Positions 23,101 to 33,496 are shown, counted from the first letter of the whole stretch. The stretch: 63,703 bases of DNA, filler included, from Basidiobolus meristosporus CBS 931.73 (GCA_002104905.1; 4 parts of 4 records of this genome joined end to end with filler, not necessarily neighbours in it); one strand, 5' to 3'. Numbers and translations are program-made. The notes: generated from the letters alone by a model not told the origin.

Positions 23101-23649
23101 GGTTGGCTATAAAGTCAATGATATTTGTTTGCTAGGCAGGCTAGGCTTGGTGTTCTTTGGAGTGCTAGATATACTAGGCTTGGGTAGAAACTAGAACGGA
23201 ATTGTTGGATTCTTATTTTTGCTGAGACAGAATCTTAATTTTGTTGAGACACACACTAAACCAAAAGGTTCAGTAAACTTTATTTATACTTTTCTGATCA
23301 AGTTGAATTAGTAAGCGCCAAGGGACTGGATTGATTGAAATCAATTTGGGTGTTCATAGGTGCAAAAGATAAATGAAAATTACATCATCAATCAACTGAT
23401 GTCTTGGCAACTGCACAGTGGTTGGATAGATCTCAGATGACTAATCACCTGGGAAGGCTTGGCAGATAGGTTGATAACGTAATGACCATTTGAAAATAGA
23501 TCAGGTGTGATAGCTAAAAATAGATTCTGAGGTGGGATAAAATCAACTGTAACTGGGATTTGTTATGTTTGGGTTAGGGAAAATCAGTTAGGGTACTAGA
23601 TTTTCAAACGGAGTAAGATTGGCTAAGTTTTAAATGTTGATGCACAACA
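20160..23649 (-). mobile_element. Ty3/gypsy element, 3'-truncated: 5' LTR 22953-23649, single-frame gag-PR-RT, cut at the RNase H start
   Basis: LTR TG..CA; ORF motifs listed under the CDS; frame continues past TAA 20278 as DALRH...LSYPDF, then joins the LINE at a CAGCTG microhomology. Confidence 0.92.
20278..22833 (-). CDS. Gag-protease-RT polyprotein (premature stop)
   Basis: Gag Q..GESV..F motif, CFKCGNMGHRSPAC zinc knuckle, LLDTGSS protease, LDLKDAYH and FVDD RT motifs. Confidence 0.85.
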   Translation of the reverse strand: MKIIMLERNTMMLEHSKLAKTRSDNYRRDELLEVISGYQDEIGIIKEALENIAIVIDSIENPPNLALHQPPRSHAFESSRSTSPSRPAPVVVPRSLPVYAEGTNAIKNPTEFLYKFSHILAAHQLDPDTNWARLLPLCLTMQDADWVEVNIPSNSTWKIAQNLFCSHFEDPLKRAHLNCDLWKTKMQKGESVQHFCDRFQRQMRLAGVSDDNPLLTAHFLSNFSHQLQSNIAIVKACNPARTYDQISEICTLAITLTAAVSQTSGNSTQDPTTAGKETSHVTKKQPTATKYCELHGKCYHSTSECKGITKQSNKSGNTSEKQQNTKTDNRYADDKCFKCGNMGHRSPACPEKNSTPSAKITQILDDHSANDTMGYEEAYEELTVQDYHNLFEFPAKIATVQEKKQPITQLKAIEVPLTLNGQSYVALLDTGSSNSIVSPNVVRDLNLEVEKRPGKIILAAKDLSAPRIGITNPINIHCGSVTIIHQMEVIDIPDGPQVVIGLDTFTKLGFHICGLPVSYPGITKSQLLMMDQIPEIISSQPEEEELTPTFQVYSQSVKLDIQPAIERNQAIPRNSFCTIPESIVTLETPPGESTWRRQYPIPHSCQHLVDEIVQKWADNGIITQAPVNTTFNSPLTLAPKKDADGNLTLKRPCLDPGPLNKLLQDDKFPIPRIQDIFSALSGAKVFSKLDLKDAYHRFQIHPDHQHKTAFTWNNMQWMFQGAPFGLKTLTSKFQRVMTIILKNAPYALVFVDDVIIFSTNRDDHATHVTDVINRLTTAGLILNAEKCSFARLKINLLGFIVTPAGHQLDPFKLVNIPEWPKPTSAKQLQHYLGVFNYFREHIPLMSSLSAP

Positions 23650-24389
23650 CAAGCACTCCACAAGCTACTGGATGTTACTCCTCCTACAGCTTCAACTCCC
23701 AGCTGCCTCCTTCTACTCAAGGAGTTTGTCTTCCCTGTCCTGGAATTTGGCTTACAACTTCTCTCTCTTACTTCTACAGACTGCACTAAGCCTGACAAGT
23801 ATGCAGTCTGATGCATTACCTCCTTGGTGCCTCATCTGCCTGAATGCCCCTACAGACATGCAATTCTTTGTGCTCTTGGGCTTACACCCTATATGATCAG
23901 AATTCTCTACCTTGGAACCAAACTATATCTCAGAAATAACCACTGCAACAACCCACTGATCAAGACCTGGAAGAGAACACACCACACTACACCTGGCTCC
24001 TGCTGGAGAACTATACTTGCAGATCCTGATGTCAAGAAGTTTGCTCATTGTATTCTGCAGTCAGAAAACCCAAGCTGGCCTACCTGAAGTACTTGACAGA
24101 CCTTTGGCAGCAATATCTGAAACAGTACACTCCCTGTGTGATGAATATCAATCCTCATCATATGCCCCTTATCAATGTTGTTCACAAATCATTTTTACTC
24201 CTGTTGCTAGCCCCCTTCCCACTGAACAGTGTCTTGAGCACTGAAGAACTATCATCTCTCCTTGTAAACTTACCACAAACTCCCCTCAGCTACACACTCT
24301 TGTATCAAAGCTACAACAGTAGCACTGGCTTCTTTGTTTCAACTGAAATAAAGATTTCACCTGTTGGTGACTGTCTCCCCCCCCCTAAC
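23650..24389 (+). mobile_element. LINE 3' fragment with conserved tail (frameshifted)
   Basis: Paralogue of 18445-19181; ends TCACC-TGTT-GGTGA...CCCCCCCCCTAAC. Confidence 0.88.
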
Positions 24390-24697
24390 TTAGTCATCTA
24401 GGTCATCACCTACACATTGTAGATAATTGTGACCAAGCTTCTTTTAGGGATTTACATGGAATTTTTTCACCAATGTATCAGGTACCCAGAGCATGAGATT
24501 TTGATAAGTTGTCCAACCAGACCCAAACTTTGCACACATACTCTTGGGACCTTCCTTAGCATGTTTTAGGTGTTTGTTTTGCTAAGGCCATGTCATAGTA
24601 TAAAAACCACCTTTGCATTGAATAAATGATTAAGTGAGAAATACATAATCTACTTGTACTCCCAATCACTTTCAATATCTCTAAAACTCTTACAACA
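24382..24697 (-). mobile_element. Diverged partial copia-family LTR, inverted relative to 58753-59101
   Basis: Reverse-complement similarity to the 58753-59101 LTR, ending ...CTCTTACAACA. Confidence 0.75.
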
Positions 24698-25273
24698 AAT
24701 ACCAGCTATTTAACAAGTTCTGCAATAGTTATGAACCAAATTGCAGCTTGATATTCAATGCAATTGCATAATATGAGTGACTTAAGAGCAGCTCAGGGCT
24801 CTTGGTCTTTCTAATGTGTAGTTGGAGCATTTGAATAAGTTTCATTGGTTGCATATAAACTTTCACTTTTTGACTCATTGAAAAATAGTTTATTATACTT
24901 GCTAATGGTGCTTCAAAAGTATGACTAACCGGATACAATATGGAATTATGCTGAAATATATGCGCGGTCAATCAAATTCATCCTGACATTTGATGAATTA
25001 ATGGAGTGGCCTCTTATTTGCTGGCTTGCACTACAACAAAATGCCAGCTCTGGTCGATCATCCAGTAAGTCGGTTTACATCTGACAAATGATCGAGATAC
25101 TTCATACCATTGTTGAAACCAGGATATACGGCATCAAGACGTTTTGGAACAATCCTGACGAAAAGCCATTTTTGGTAAGCGATAATACTTGAAGAAATAA
25201 ACCGATAGGTTGATGTTTATGTATACAATTGATTATAATATTAAAAAAAGCGAAGTGAAATGAGTCTATACGA

Positions 25274-26359
25274 TTATTGATGGAAAGGATAGTCGGTGTA
25301 ACCAACTGGACCACCAGTATAGAACGTGTTACGATCATAGTCGTTCAAGGGCCAGTCATTACGAAGGCGCTCCACGAGATCGGGGTTGGCAATGAAACGG
25401 CGACCAAAAGCTACCAAATTTCCAGTCTTCTCGCAAGTCTCAAAGGCAAGCTTGGCATCGTAAGTATATCCACCAGCACTAATAAAAGTACCCTTCCACT
25501 CCTTGCGGAAGGGGTCGAGAGAGTCAGAAGTCTCGAGCACCCCATCAAGGAAGAGGTTACTACGAGGCTCCACGAAGTGGAGATAAGCCAAGTCCGGATG
25601 ATTTGCTTGCAGGGTCTTGGCCAGGTATCCCCAGGTTTCATAAGGAGTGTCATCCTTCATGTCCTGGAAGCCAGACCAGGGGGAGAACCGAATGGCTGTG
25701 CGTTCAGCACCAATGGCATCGACAATAGCATCGACAACCTCAAGACTGAAGCGACAACGATTTTCAATCGACCCACCATAAATGTCAGTACGTATGTTGC
25801 TCGAGGTGTTGATGAACTGGTCCAAAAGGTAGCCATTTGCGGAATGGATTTCAACTCCGTCAAAGCCCGCTTCAATAGCGTTCAAGGCAGCTTGGCGATA
25901 GTCCTGGGTTAGGGCCTTAATTTCTGGGATGGTCAGAGCACGAGGCACCTCAGGGGTACCTTGAAGGGTCACTCCAGTGATGGGGATGTTGGAAGCAGAG
26001 ACTGGTTGATGACCTTCGTTCAATGCAGCAATAGCTGCACGACCGATGTGCCAAAGCTGAAGGTAAATGATGCCACCTTTGGCGTGAACGGCATCGGTGA
26101 TGCTTTTCCAGGCCTTGATTTGGTCCTGGGTGTAAATACCAGGAACGTTGGTATAGGAGCCGGCAATACGCGTAATAAAGGTGGCTTCCGTGATCAAAAG
26201 ACCGCCGTCGGTGGCGCGTTGTGAATAGTACTCTTTCATCAGCTCGGTGGGGACAGCATTGGCATCAGCTCTGCAACGTGTCAAGGGAGCAAGAACAACA
26301 CGATGCTTGAGCTGTTTGTTTCCGAGCTTAGTGGGGCTGAAAATAGCTGGTGTAGACAT
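25274..26359 (-). CDS. OYE: Old yellow enzyme / NADH:flavin oxidoreductase (361 aa from MSTPAIF; upstream ATG at 26395 possible)
   Basis: HRVVLAPLTR, EIHSANGYLLDQF, D.YGGSIENR, FGR.FIANPDL motifs; TATAAA ~52 bp upstream of 26359; intronless. Confidence 0.95.
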   Translation of the reverse strand: MSTPAIFSPTKLGNKQLKHRVVLAPLTRCRADANAVPTELMKEYYSQRATDGGLLITEATFITRIAGSYTNVPGIYTQDQIKAWKSITDAVHAKGGIIYLQLWHIGRAAIAALNEGHQPVSASNIPITGVTLQGTPEVPRALTIPEIKALTQDYRQAALNAIEAGFDGVEIHSANGYLLDQFINTSSNIRTDIYGGSIENRCRFSLEVVDAIVDAIGAERTAIRFSPWSGFQDMKDDTPYETWGYLAKTLQANHPDLAYLHFVEPRSNLFLDGVLETSDSLDPFRKEWKGTFISAGGYTYDAKLAFETCEKTGNLVAFGRRFIANPDLVERLRNDWPLNDYDRNTFYTGGPVGYTDYPFHQ

Positions 26360-27211
26360 GACAGGCCCGAAAAGGGATAATGAGTTCGATGACATGGCGA
26401 CAGGGTTCCTTTATATGGTTGCGGTCTTTTGGAATTTCTTAGATGTTCATTAATAAGCAAGCAAAAATGAGGGAGATAGCAACCCACAGGTGGTTTCTCA
26501 GAAGCTTCCGATATTCCGGTGATTGCCTTACGATCCCTTATCTGTTCCCATTTTCGGATATCGCAAATCGATTGTAGAACTACCTCACTTATGTAGGCGT
26601 AAGATATCAACCCGGGATGTTTTCTTGGCCTGTAGCATAAGAAAGCTCTACCACATCCATGGGATGTATGTAAGATATTTGGTGGCAATAACGTGGCTAA
26701 ACAGGGAAAAATACTACATAACAAACATATCCTCTCACCTCTTCGAGGATCTTGAGGTCTAAACCCAAATCCAATCAACATGGTATTGGGTGTTGCACGT
26801 AAGGACTATCACTGAGGTAGTTATGATCGGTTCATTGCTATGACATTCCGCATTAATAATCAGCGAACCACGTTGAATATAATCACGAATACAGGGAAAT
26901 GCTGCGATATTCAGGCCTACAATTGAATTATTTGGTAGGTGTGGCGACAGAGCAGTAGAAATACTGGTTGTTTGCATTCAACCAGGAGCCATTTTAACAT
27001 AATATTCAAAAGCTGGTTGTGGTGCTCCATTGATTGCTGCCATTCATCATGATCATTACCATTTCCTGAGCGTTAGGTGGAAGAAAAATCGTCATCAAAC
27101 TGGAAATTAGAACGTTGGGAAAATGATGTTTATTATGTACGAGGTAGTAGTTACAGAATGGCTATATAAACAGATAGGAGTGGAAGACCAATTAACGGGC
27201 TAGACTATTGC

Positions 27212-28693
27212 CTAGTTACTTTCCCCCGATATCTCCTCCAGGGACTTGCCCTTTGTCTCTGGAACCCAGAATGTTGAAAGGAATCCGAGGAACATAATAG
27301 CCGCGAAAATCCCCAGGGTTTGTGGGAGAAAGGCGTGCTCTCCATCCTTTCCTCCAATTTCCACTAGCTGATTGAAGCCGAAGGTGGCGACGATGGCACC
27401 GAGCTTCCCTGATGCAGCGGAGATACCGTGGGCGGTGGAGCGGAAGCGGGTTGGGAAAACCTCGGATGGAAGAACGAAGGTGGTGGTATTGGGGCCAAAG
27501 TTAAAGAAGAACTGAGCCAGAGTGAACAATGCCACGAACAGCGCTACTGCAGTGTCCCGAATCTTATAAAAGCCAGCCGAGAGAACGATGAATATGATGG
27601 TTAAAAAGGCAAAACCCATGAGCTGGATCTTGATACGGCCCATTCGCTCGATAAGGAACACTGTGAACCAGTATCCTGGGACGGTTCCCATCAAGGAGAT
27701 GATTAAATTTCCAACCGCTTCCGTCCACATGGCGTCGTATGGCGAAAGCCCTTTGGATGAGTAACCGATGGCTTGCAAGACGTACGATTGATTGAGAGAG
27801 AGCCCGTAGAAGGCAATGTCAAGGAAGAACCAGGACAGAGAAGTACCAAGCAAGACCTTTAGGTTCTTCCACTGCCCAAAATGTTGGGTAAATGTCAACT
27901 GCTGGCTATTTACGTTGGCAATTTCATGTTGGGCCTCGATGTGGTCCTTCTCCTCAATATTCATGATTCCCCGCAAGTCCTCGGCCGCTTTTTCGGCATC
28001 TCCATTGACTTCCAATGTGTAGCGAGGGGACTCGGGCATGGTTAGTCGGAAGTACACAGTGAAAATGGCTGGTACGCAACCAAAAGCAAGCATCAATCTC
28101 CAAACATAGTCGAAGTTATTTTGGTCGGCACGGATGGCTCCTTGGAAGATGGCCAGCATGATGACGGTGAACAAAGCGCCCACCAGGATGCCGGTTCCCT
28201 GAGAAGCGAAAACCGCGGCGATCATCATTCCTCTTCTCTTTGTCGAGGCAAATTCAGATGTGATTACCGCAGAGACTGGGTAGTCACCACCAATTCCAAT
28301 GCCCAGAATGAAGCGCCAGAAGCCGAGTATAGCGATCACGTTGACACCTTTCGCCCACGAACCAGCAATTGCACAACAAATGGTTGCGAAGATGATGATG
28401 ATCAACTCGGAGCCGTACATCTTCTTTCTTCCGAGCCGATCCCCCAGATAGCCGAAAAGCAATTGACCGATCAAAGTGCCGAACGCGGTGGCACCCTTCA
28501 ATGGGCCTTCATACTGCTTGGGGATTTTGTTGTTGTTTTCGGTGTAGTAGACATAGCCCATCATTGGGACTGCCAGGTTGATGATAAATATGTCGTAGGC
28601 ATCGGTGAAGAACCCGATGCCTGCCACAATAATGGCGCGAAGGTGCCAGCCAGTGAGTTTGGATTCGCTCAGACCCTGAAGTTCGTTAGACAT
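27212..28693 (-). CDS. PHO84: High-affinity phosphate:H+ symporter (MFS, PHO84/Pht1 family)
   Basis: GIGFFTDAYD, GIGIGGDYP, FF.NFGPNTTTFV.PSEVFPTRFRSTAHGISAASGK signature; TATATAAA ~50 bp upstream. Confidence 0.95.
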   Translation of the reverse strand: MSNELQGLSESKLTGWHLRAIIVAGIGFFTDAYDIFIINLAVPMMGYVYYTENNNKIPKQYEGPLKGATAFGTLIGQLLFGYLGDRLGRKKMYGSELIIIIFATICCAIAGSWAKGVNVIAILGFWRFILGIGIGGDYPVSAVITSEFASTKRRGMMIAAVFASQGTGILVGALFTVIMLAIFQGAIRADQNNFDYVWRLMLAFGCVPAIFTVYFRLTMPESPRYTLEVNGDAEKAAEDLRGIMNIEEKDHIEAQHEIANVNSQQLTFTQHFGQWKNLKVLLGTSLSWFFLDIAFYGLSLNQSYVLQAIGYSSKGLSPYDAMWTEAVGNLIISLMGTVPGYWFTVFLIERMGRIKIQLMGFAFLTIIFIVLSAGFYKIRDTAVALFVALFTLAQFFFNFGPNTTTFVLPSEVFPTRFRSTAHGISAASGKLGAIVATFGFNQLVEIGGKDGEHAFLPQTLGIFAAIMFLGFLSTFWVPETKGKSLEEISGESN

Positions 28694-29059
28694 GTTTGTT
28701 GCTCAGCGATACTGATTTTGAGAGGAGCCGAGAGAGAGGGATTTATATACCGCTAGCTGTGACAAGGGTTCTGTGGAACGAGGCAGAGGGAAACCGCCAA
28801 TCCCAAGGTGGTATATAGCACGCAGCTGCACAGAAGAAAATCTCATCACTCGACTCTTGGGTCACTGGGGTGCTACCAGGCGAAACAGGATTTAACAGCC
28901 AATCATTTCGGTAATTGGCAACATGCACTAACACCAACGCAAATATAGTAATTTTGGTGAGTGGTTGCAAGGTGTACGAAGATCACAATCATGTTGAATG
29001 AAAAGTGACAGAAAGCGATGAGAAGATTAGGAGTAAATGTATTTTGCCATGGTTTTGTA

Positions 29060-29065
29060 CACGTG
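29060..29065. promoter_or_regulatory. CACGTG E-box (Pho4/NUC-1-type site) in the PHO84-phosphoketolase divergent intergenic region
   Basis: Motif read directly ~370 bp upstream of the PHO84 ATG; function is inferred from the yeast PHO regulon. Confidence 0.45.
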
Positions 29066-29421
29066 ACTTTCGGACATTAATAGGAAATCCGCTATATCTT
29101 TGAGCCAAACAAAAATCCTTGATTGCAACGAAACGAATACTAAATATCAAGTTTGCTCACCAACATACTCACAAAATACGAAGTCTTATGAGCATACTTG
29201 CCAGCCAGTAGTAGATATCTGAGATGGCCCTACCCTCTCTGTTCTTGATGCAGTTCGAAATTGTTACACTAGTCATTGTAGAATCAGTGGCTATCGTAAA
29301 TTTTCAGGGCATCATTCCAACTCTATTCGAGAATATTTGTGCAAGCAGATATGGCTTACCTTACCCACGGGGATATAGATTAACCTGCATCAAACACCAC
29401 CAAGGTCATTTCGAGTCGACC

Positions 29422-29477
29422 GTTATTGCGTAACAATACCTACAATTGTTTTGTTATTGCGTAACAATATCTACAAT
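29422..29477. repeat. Two 25-bp direct repeats (GTTATTGCGTAACAATA-C/T-CTACAAT), period 31 bp
   Basis: 29422-29446 and 29453-29477, one mismatch; core TTGCGTAA flanked by TATTG/CAATA inverted arms. Confidence 0.8.
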
Positions 29478-29858
29478 CGCGAGGCATACAATCCCGCCAA
29501 CTATCCCACGTAGCGTCCACACAATCTTAGGATCTTTATACTGATAAACACTTGATGATATCCATAGGCACAAGCGAAAATCATGTCACCCTTCTCCATT
29601 TTCTCATTATAATGGAGACTCAATTCAGCCACTATTCGACCATCATTACATCCTCTGACCACTATGTCACACCCTGACTTGTTCAAAATCAACTCGCGTG
29701 TCAACATCGGAATGATATCATTTAAAATTTATATGGAATACGGTTTGATCAGTATTGGAAAATATGCAACGTCACATATCTATGCTGTTTAGTGGCTTGG
29801 CATATAAAATTACGATCACTGAATGTGGAGGTATCAGTTATCTTTCTGCCTTTTCACT

Positions 29859-32285
29859 ATGCCTTCTGCCCCTACTAAAGCCTACTTGGAGCCCGATGGC
29901 GAACTCTTACCTCCCGCCAAGAATCTCTTGGTTGAGCTAGATCTAAGTAAGTTCGAGGAAACTCGACTGGAAGCTGTCATACTGCAGCAGCGAGCCGCCA
30001 ATTATTTAGCTGCTGCAATGATATTTCTCAAAGAAAATCCGCTACTTAGAGAGCCTCTCAAGAAGGAGCATATAAAGGATCGCTTACTTGGCCATTGGGG
30101 CACATGTCCTGGTATCAATCTAGTCTATGCTCATTGCAATTTCCTTATCAAGCAACACGACGATGTTAACATGTTCCTGGTTACTGGACCTGGTCATGGT
30201 GCTCCAGCTAATCTGGCCAACCTTTACTTGGAGGGTGCATTGAAAAAGTTTTATTCCCAATACGACCACACCCTAGAGGGTGTAACCAAGCTGGTACATG
30301 GCTTTTCTTGGCCTGGCGGATTCCCGAGTCACGTCAACTCCGAAGTCCCAGGCCAAATCCATGAAGGTGGCGAATTAGGATATTCGCTAGCTGTGAGTTT
30401 TGGTGCAGTGATGGATAATCCTGATTTAATAGTGACTTGCATTGTCGGGGATGGCGAAGCTGAGACTGGACCTACTGCCACAGCCTGGCACTCATACAAA
30501 TATATCGATCCCAAAGAAAGCGGTGCTGTCTTGCCGATACTTCATGTCAATGGGTTCAAAATCTCGGAGAAGACTGTATTCGGATGCATGGATAACACAG
30601 AGCTGGCGGCTTTGTTTAGCGGATATGGCTATCAGGTTCGCATTGTTGATGGCATGGACAATATCAACGTAAACATGGCTGTATCGATGGAATGGGCTTA
30701 CCAAGAAATACGAAAGATTCAGAAAGCAGCACGGGAAGGAAACCCAATCACTAAGCCCCGTTGGCCAATCCTGATCATGAGGACTTTGAAAGGGTGGAGT
30801 GGACCAGTTGAACTTCACGGCCAGGCCATTGAGGGCTCGTGGAAATCCCATCAGGTTCCTTTACCCAATGCAGCCAAAGATGACGACGAATTCGACCTAT
30901 TGAGTAAATGGCTTCAAAGCTACAAACCAGAGGAGCTCTTTGATGAAAGCGGGATTATTCGCCCTGAAGTAACCTCTGCATTTCCAGAATCAGGTCGCCA
31001 GATGGGCTCTCATCCGTTAACTTACGCTGGATACAAGCCGTTAGATGTGCCAGACTGGAAACAGTTTGCCATCAAAGAAAACACCGTCAATTCCAGTTGT
31101 ACAAAGGCCGCTGGACAATTCTTGAAAGCAGTTATTCAGCAGAATGAACGGAAATTCCGTATATTCTCGCCCGATGAGCTCTCTAGCAACAAGTTAGATG
31201 CCGTTCTTGAAATAACCAACAGAGACTTCCAGTGGGCTGAAGAAAGTCGGAATCATGGCGGTAGAGTGTCTGAGGTCCTTTCCGAACACACATGCCAGGG
31301 GTGGATGCAAGGGTACACTTTAACCGGCAGAGTTTCTCTTTTCCCATCGTACGAGACATTCCTTGGGATTATTACCACCATGATGGTGCAATATGCCAAG
31401 TTTGTGAAGATGGCCAAGGAGACCCCTTGGAGAGAGCCTATTGGCTCATTGAACTATATTGAAACCTCTACCCTTTGGAGACAGGAGCACAATGGATTCT
31501 CCCATCAAAACCCTGGCTTTATCAACAGTCTGATTTCGTTGAAGCCCTCCATGATTCGTATCTATTTGCCTCCAGACGCCAATTGTCTCCTTTCCACTTT
31601 AGCGCATTGCTTACGTTCGAAGGAATATATCAATCTCATGATTAGTGGAAAGCATGAGACCCCATCATGGTTAACGCCTGAGGAGGCCGATAGACATTGC
31701 ATTGCCGGGGCTAGCGTTTGGAAATTCGCCAGTACTGACGATGGCGTTGATCCTGATGTTGTCCTGGTAGGATGCGGCACCGAGGTTACATTCGAGGTGA
31801 TTGCCGCCGCTAGCATGCTACGTAAGGATTTCCCAGACCTTCGAGTGCGTGTAATCAACGTGACTGATCTAATGGTACTTGCTGGTGATGGAACACACCC
31901 CCATGCGCTCTCTGACAAGATCTTTAACAGCCTATTTACTACCGACAAGCCGATTGTCTTCAACTTCCATGGCTATTCCTCTGTCATCAAGCAGTTGCTC
32001 TACGATCGTGCTGATACCCTTGGACGTGTGGTAATTCGCGGCTACAATGAAGAAGGAACAACCACCACCCCGTTCCGAATGCTGACTGCAAACGGGGTTT
32101 CAAGATACGATGTTGCAATCAATGCCTTACGGATGATAGCCAGAGAAGTAAATCCGGCCAAGAGATTCCTAGCTGATGTGCACCTTCACATCAGCCAATA
32201 TCAGCACGAGATTCGCCAACACGAGAAGTACATCATCGAACACGGCACGGATCCCGAAGGCTTAACTGCTCGACCGGAATTTTAG
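29859..32285 (+). CDS. xfp: Xylulose-5-P/fructose-6-P phosphoketolase (808 aa)
   Basis: LLGHWGTCPG, GPGHG, HEGGELGY, GDGEAETGP (TPP binding), SEH.CQGW motifs; TATAAAA at ~29803; intronless. Confidence 0.96.
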   Translation: MPSAPTKAYLEPDGELLPPAKNLLVELDLSKFEETRLEAVILQQRAANYLAAAMIFLKENPLLREPLKKEHIKDRLLGHWGTCPGINLVYAHCNFLIKQHDDVNMFLVTGPGHGAPANLANLYLEGALKKFYSQYDHTLEGVTKLVHGFSWPGGFPSHVNSEVPGQIHEGGELGYSLAVSFGAVMDNPDLIVTCIVGDGEAETGPTATAWHSYKYIDPKESGAVLPILHVNGFKISEKTVFGCMDNTELAALFSGYGYQVRIVDGMDNINVNMAVSMEWAYQEIRKIQKAAREGNPITKPRWPILIMRTLKGWSGPVELHGQAIEGSWKSHQVPLPNAAKDDDEFDLLSKWLQSYKPEELFDESGIIRPEVTSAFPESGRQMGSHPLTYAGYKPLDVPDWKQFAIKENTVNSSCTKAAGQFLKAVIQQNERKFRIFSPDELSSNKLDAVLEITNRDFQWAEESRNHGGRVSEVLSEHTCQGWMQGYTLTGRVSLFPSYETFLGIITTMMVQYAKFVKMAKETPWREPIGSLNYIETSTLWRQEHNGFSHQNPGFINSLISLKPSMIRIYLPPDANCLLSTLAHCLRSKEYINLMISGKHETPSWLTPEEADRHCIAGASVWKFASTDDGVDPDVVLVGCGTEVTFEVIAAASMLRKDFPDLRVRVINVTDLMVLAGDGTHPHALSDKIFNSLFTTDKPIVFNFHGYSSVIKQLLYDRADTLGRVVIRGYNEEGTTTTPFRMLTANGVSRYDVAINALRMIAREVNPAKRFLADVHLHISQYQHEIRQHEKYIIEHGTDPEGLTARPEF

Positions 32286-32539
32286 ACGGCAATTGATTAT
32301 AGCGATGTTCAAATGTAGATAAAGAAATGTTTACTTCACCAGTGACTATGACAGTTAAAAATAGCCTTGCCATGATTGCATTGTTGTGACGTCGATAAAC
32401 ACCATGACCTCATCATGAATTTCAGCCATCATATAAAATCAAATGGATTCGCATGGTCACACACACACACATGTGTATGTATATATATATTTTTCTATTC
32501 ATCTGTTCTTGCACCAGTACTAGATTCGATTCTCCAACC

Positions 32540-33296
32540 ATGTCAACTCTTCGTAATAGACTGCAGACTTCGGAGCAGCATAGCACACCTGCTAGCTCTA
32601 CTGTAGAATATCTGAATAACCACTTCAATTTGGTCCGTGAGTTTCACCTCGCCGATTTCTTGACATTGTTAAATGGCACCTGTGGAACTGGCTCCATATT
32701 TGCTTCCATGTCATATCTCATAGAGAACAACACCGTATACCTATGGGTTGCCTTTTGGCTAATCCCATTGGGAACCTTCTTTGACTTTATGGACGGTAGA
32801 GTAGCTAGGTGGCGTAAAAATTCTTCTCTGCTAGGCCAGGAGTTGGACTCTTTAGCTGACTTGGTGCGTGTATTAGTAATGTTGGCCCTGACACAGAGCG
32901 CTCTAACCAAGCCTATTGTTTAAACAGATATCTTTTGGGGTCGCTCCTGCAGTGTTCGGGTTTACTTTGGGGCTCCGTTCCGTTATTGATATCTGTGTTC
33001 TCCTTTACTTTGTGTCCTGTGGAATCGCTCGATTGGCCAGATATAATGCAACAGTTGCGTCCTTGCCAAAAGACGAAAGTGGTAAGGTAAAGCACTTTGA
33101 AGGAACCCCCATTCCTACCACCCTCCTAATCACCGGCTATCTGGGGTATCTTGTATATGTGGGAGACATCCAGACCGCATTACCAGGCGGAGTTGCAAGT
33201 CTCGCCAATACCCTGACTTTCCACCCGCTTGTATTAGGCTATGCGTTGAGTGGGACACTGATGATCTCACAATCTCTTAAGATTCCCAAGATATGA
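32540..33296 (+). CDS. CHO1: CDP-diacylglycerol-serine O-phosphatidyltransferase, exons 32540-32863 and 32928-33296 (230 aa)
   Basis: DGRVAR...G.ELDSLADL|ISFGVAPA CDP-alcohol motif is joined by removing intron GTGCGT..CTAAC..CAG. Confidence 0.92.
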
Positions 33297-33496
33297 CCTC
33301 TCCATTCCCATAATACCTGAAAGCCTCTTTTCGTACATGAGCATTTACTGAGCAATATGCATCTTATAATTTGACTCGATTTTAATATGTAGTGTGTTAT
33401 CATTATGTATCTCGATAAATCCGATTCGAATCAAAAAGATCATTTCTACGAAATTCACTGATGTAGTATCTTTGTCATCAACATCTAAACGCATTG

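Noticed and set aside
25277-26224. Long + strand ORFs over OYE, and similar antisense ORFs over PHO84, xfp and the pol genes
   Set aside because: Antisense or alternate-frame shadows of well-supported genes.
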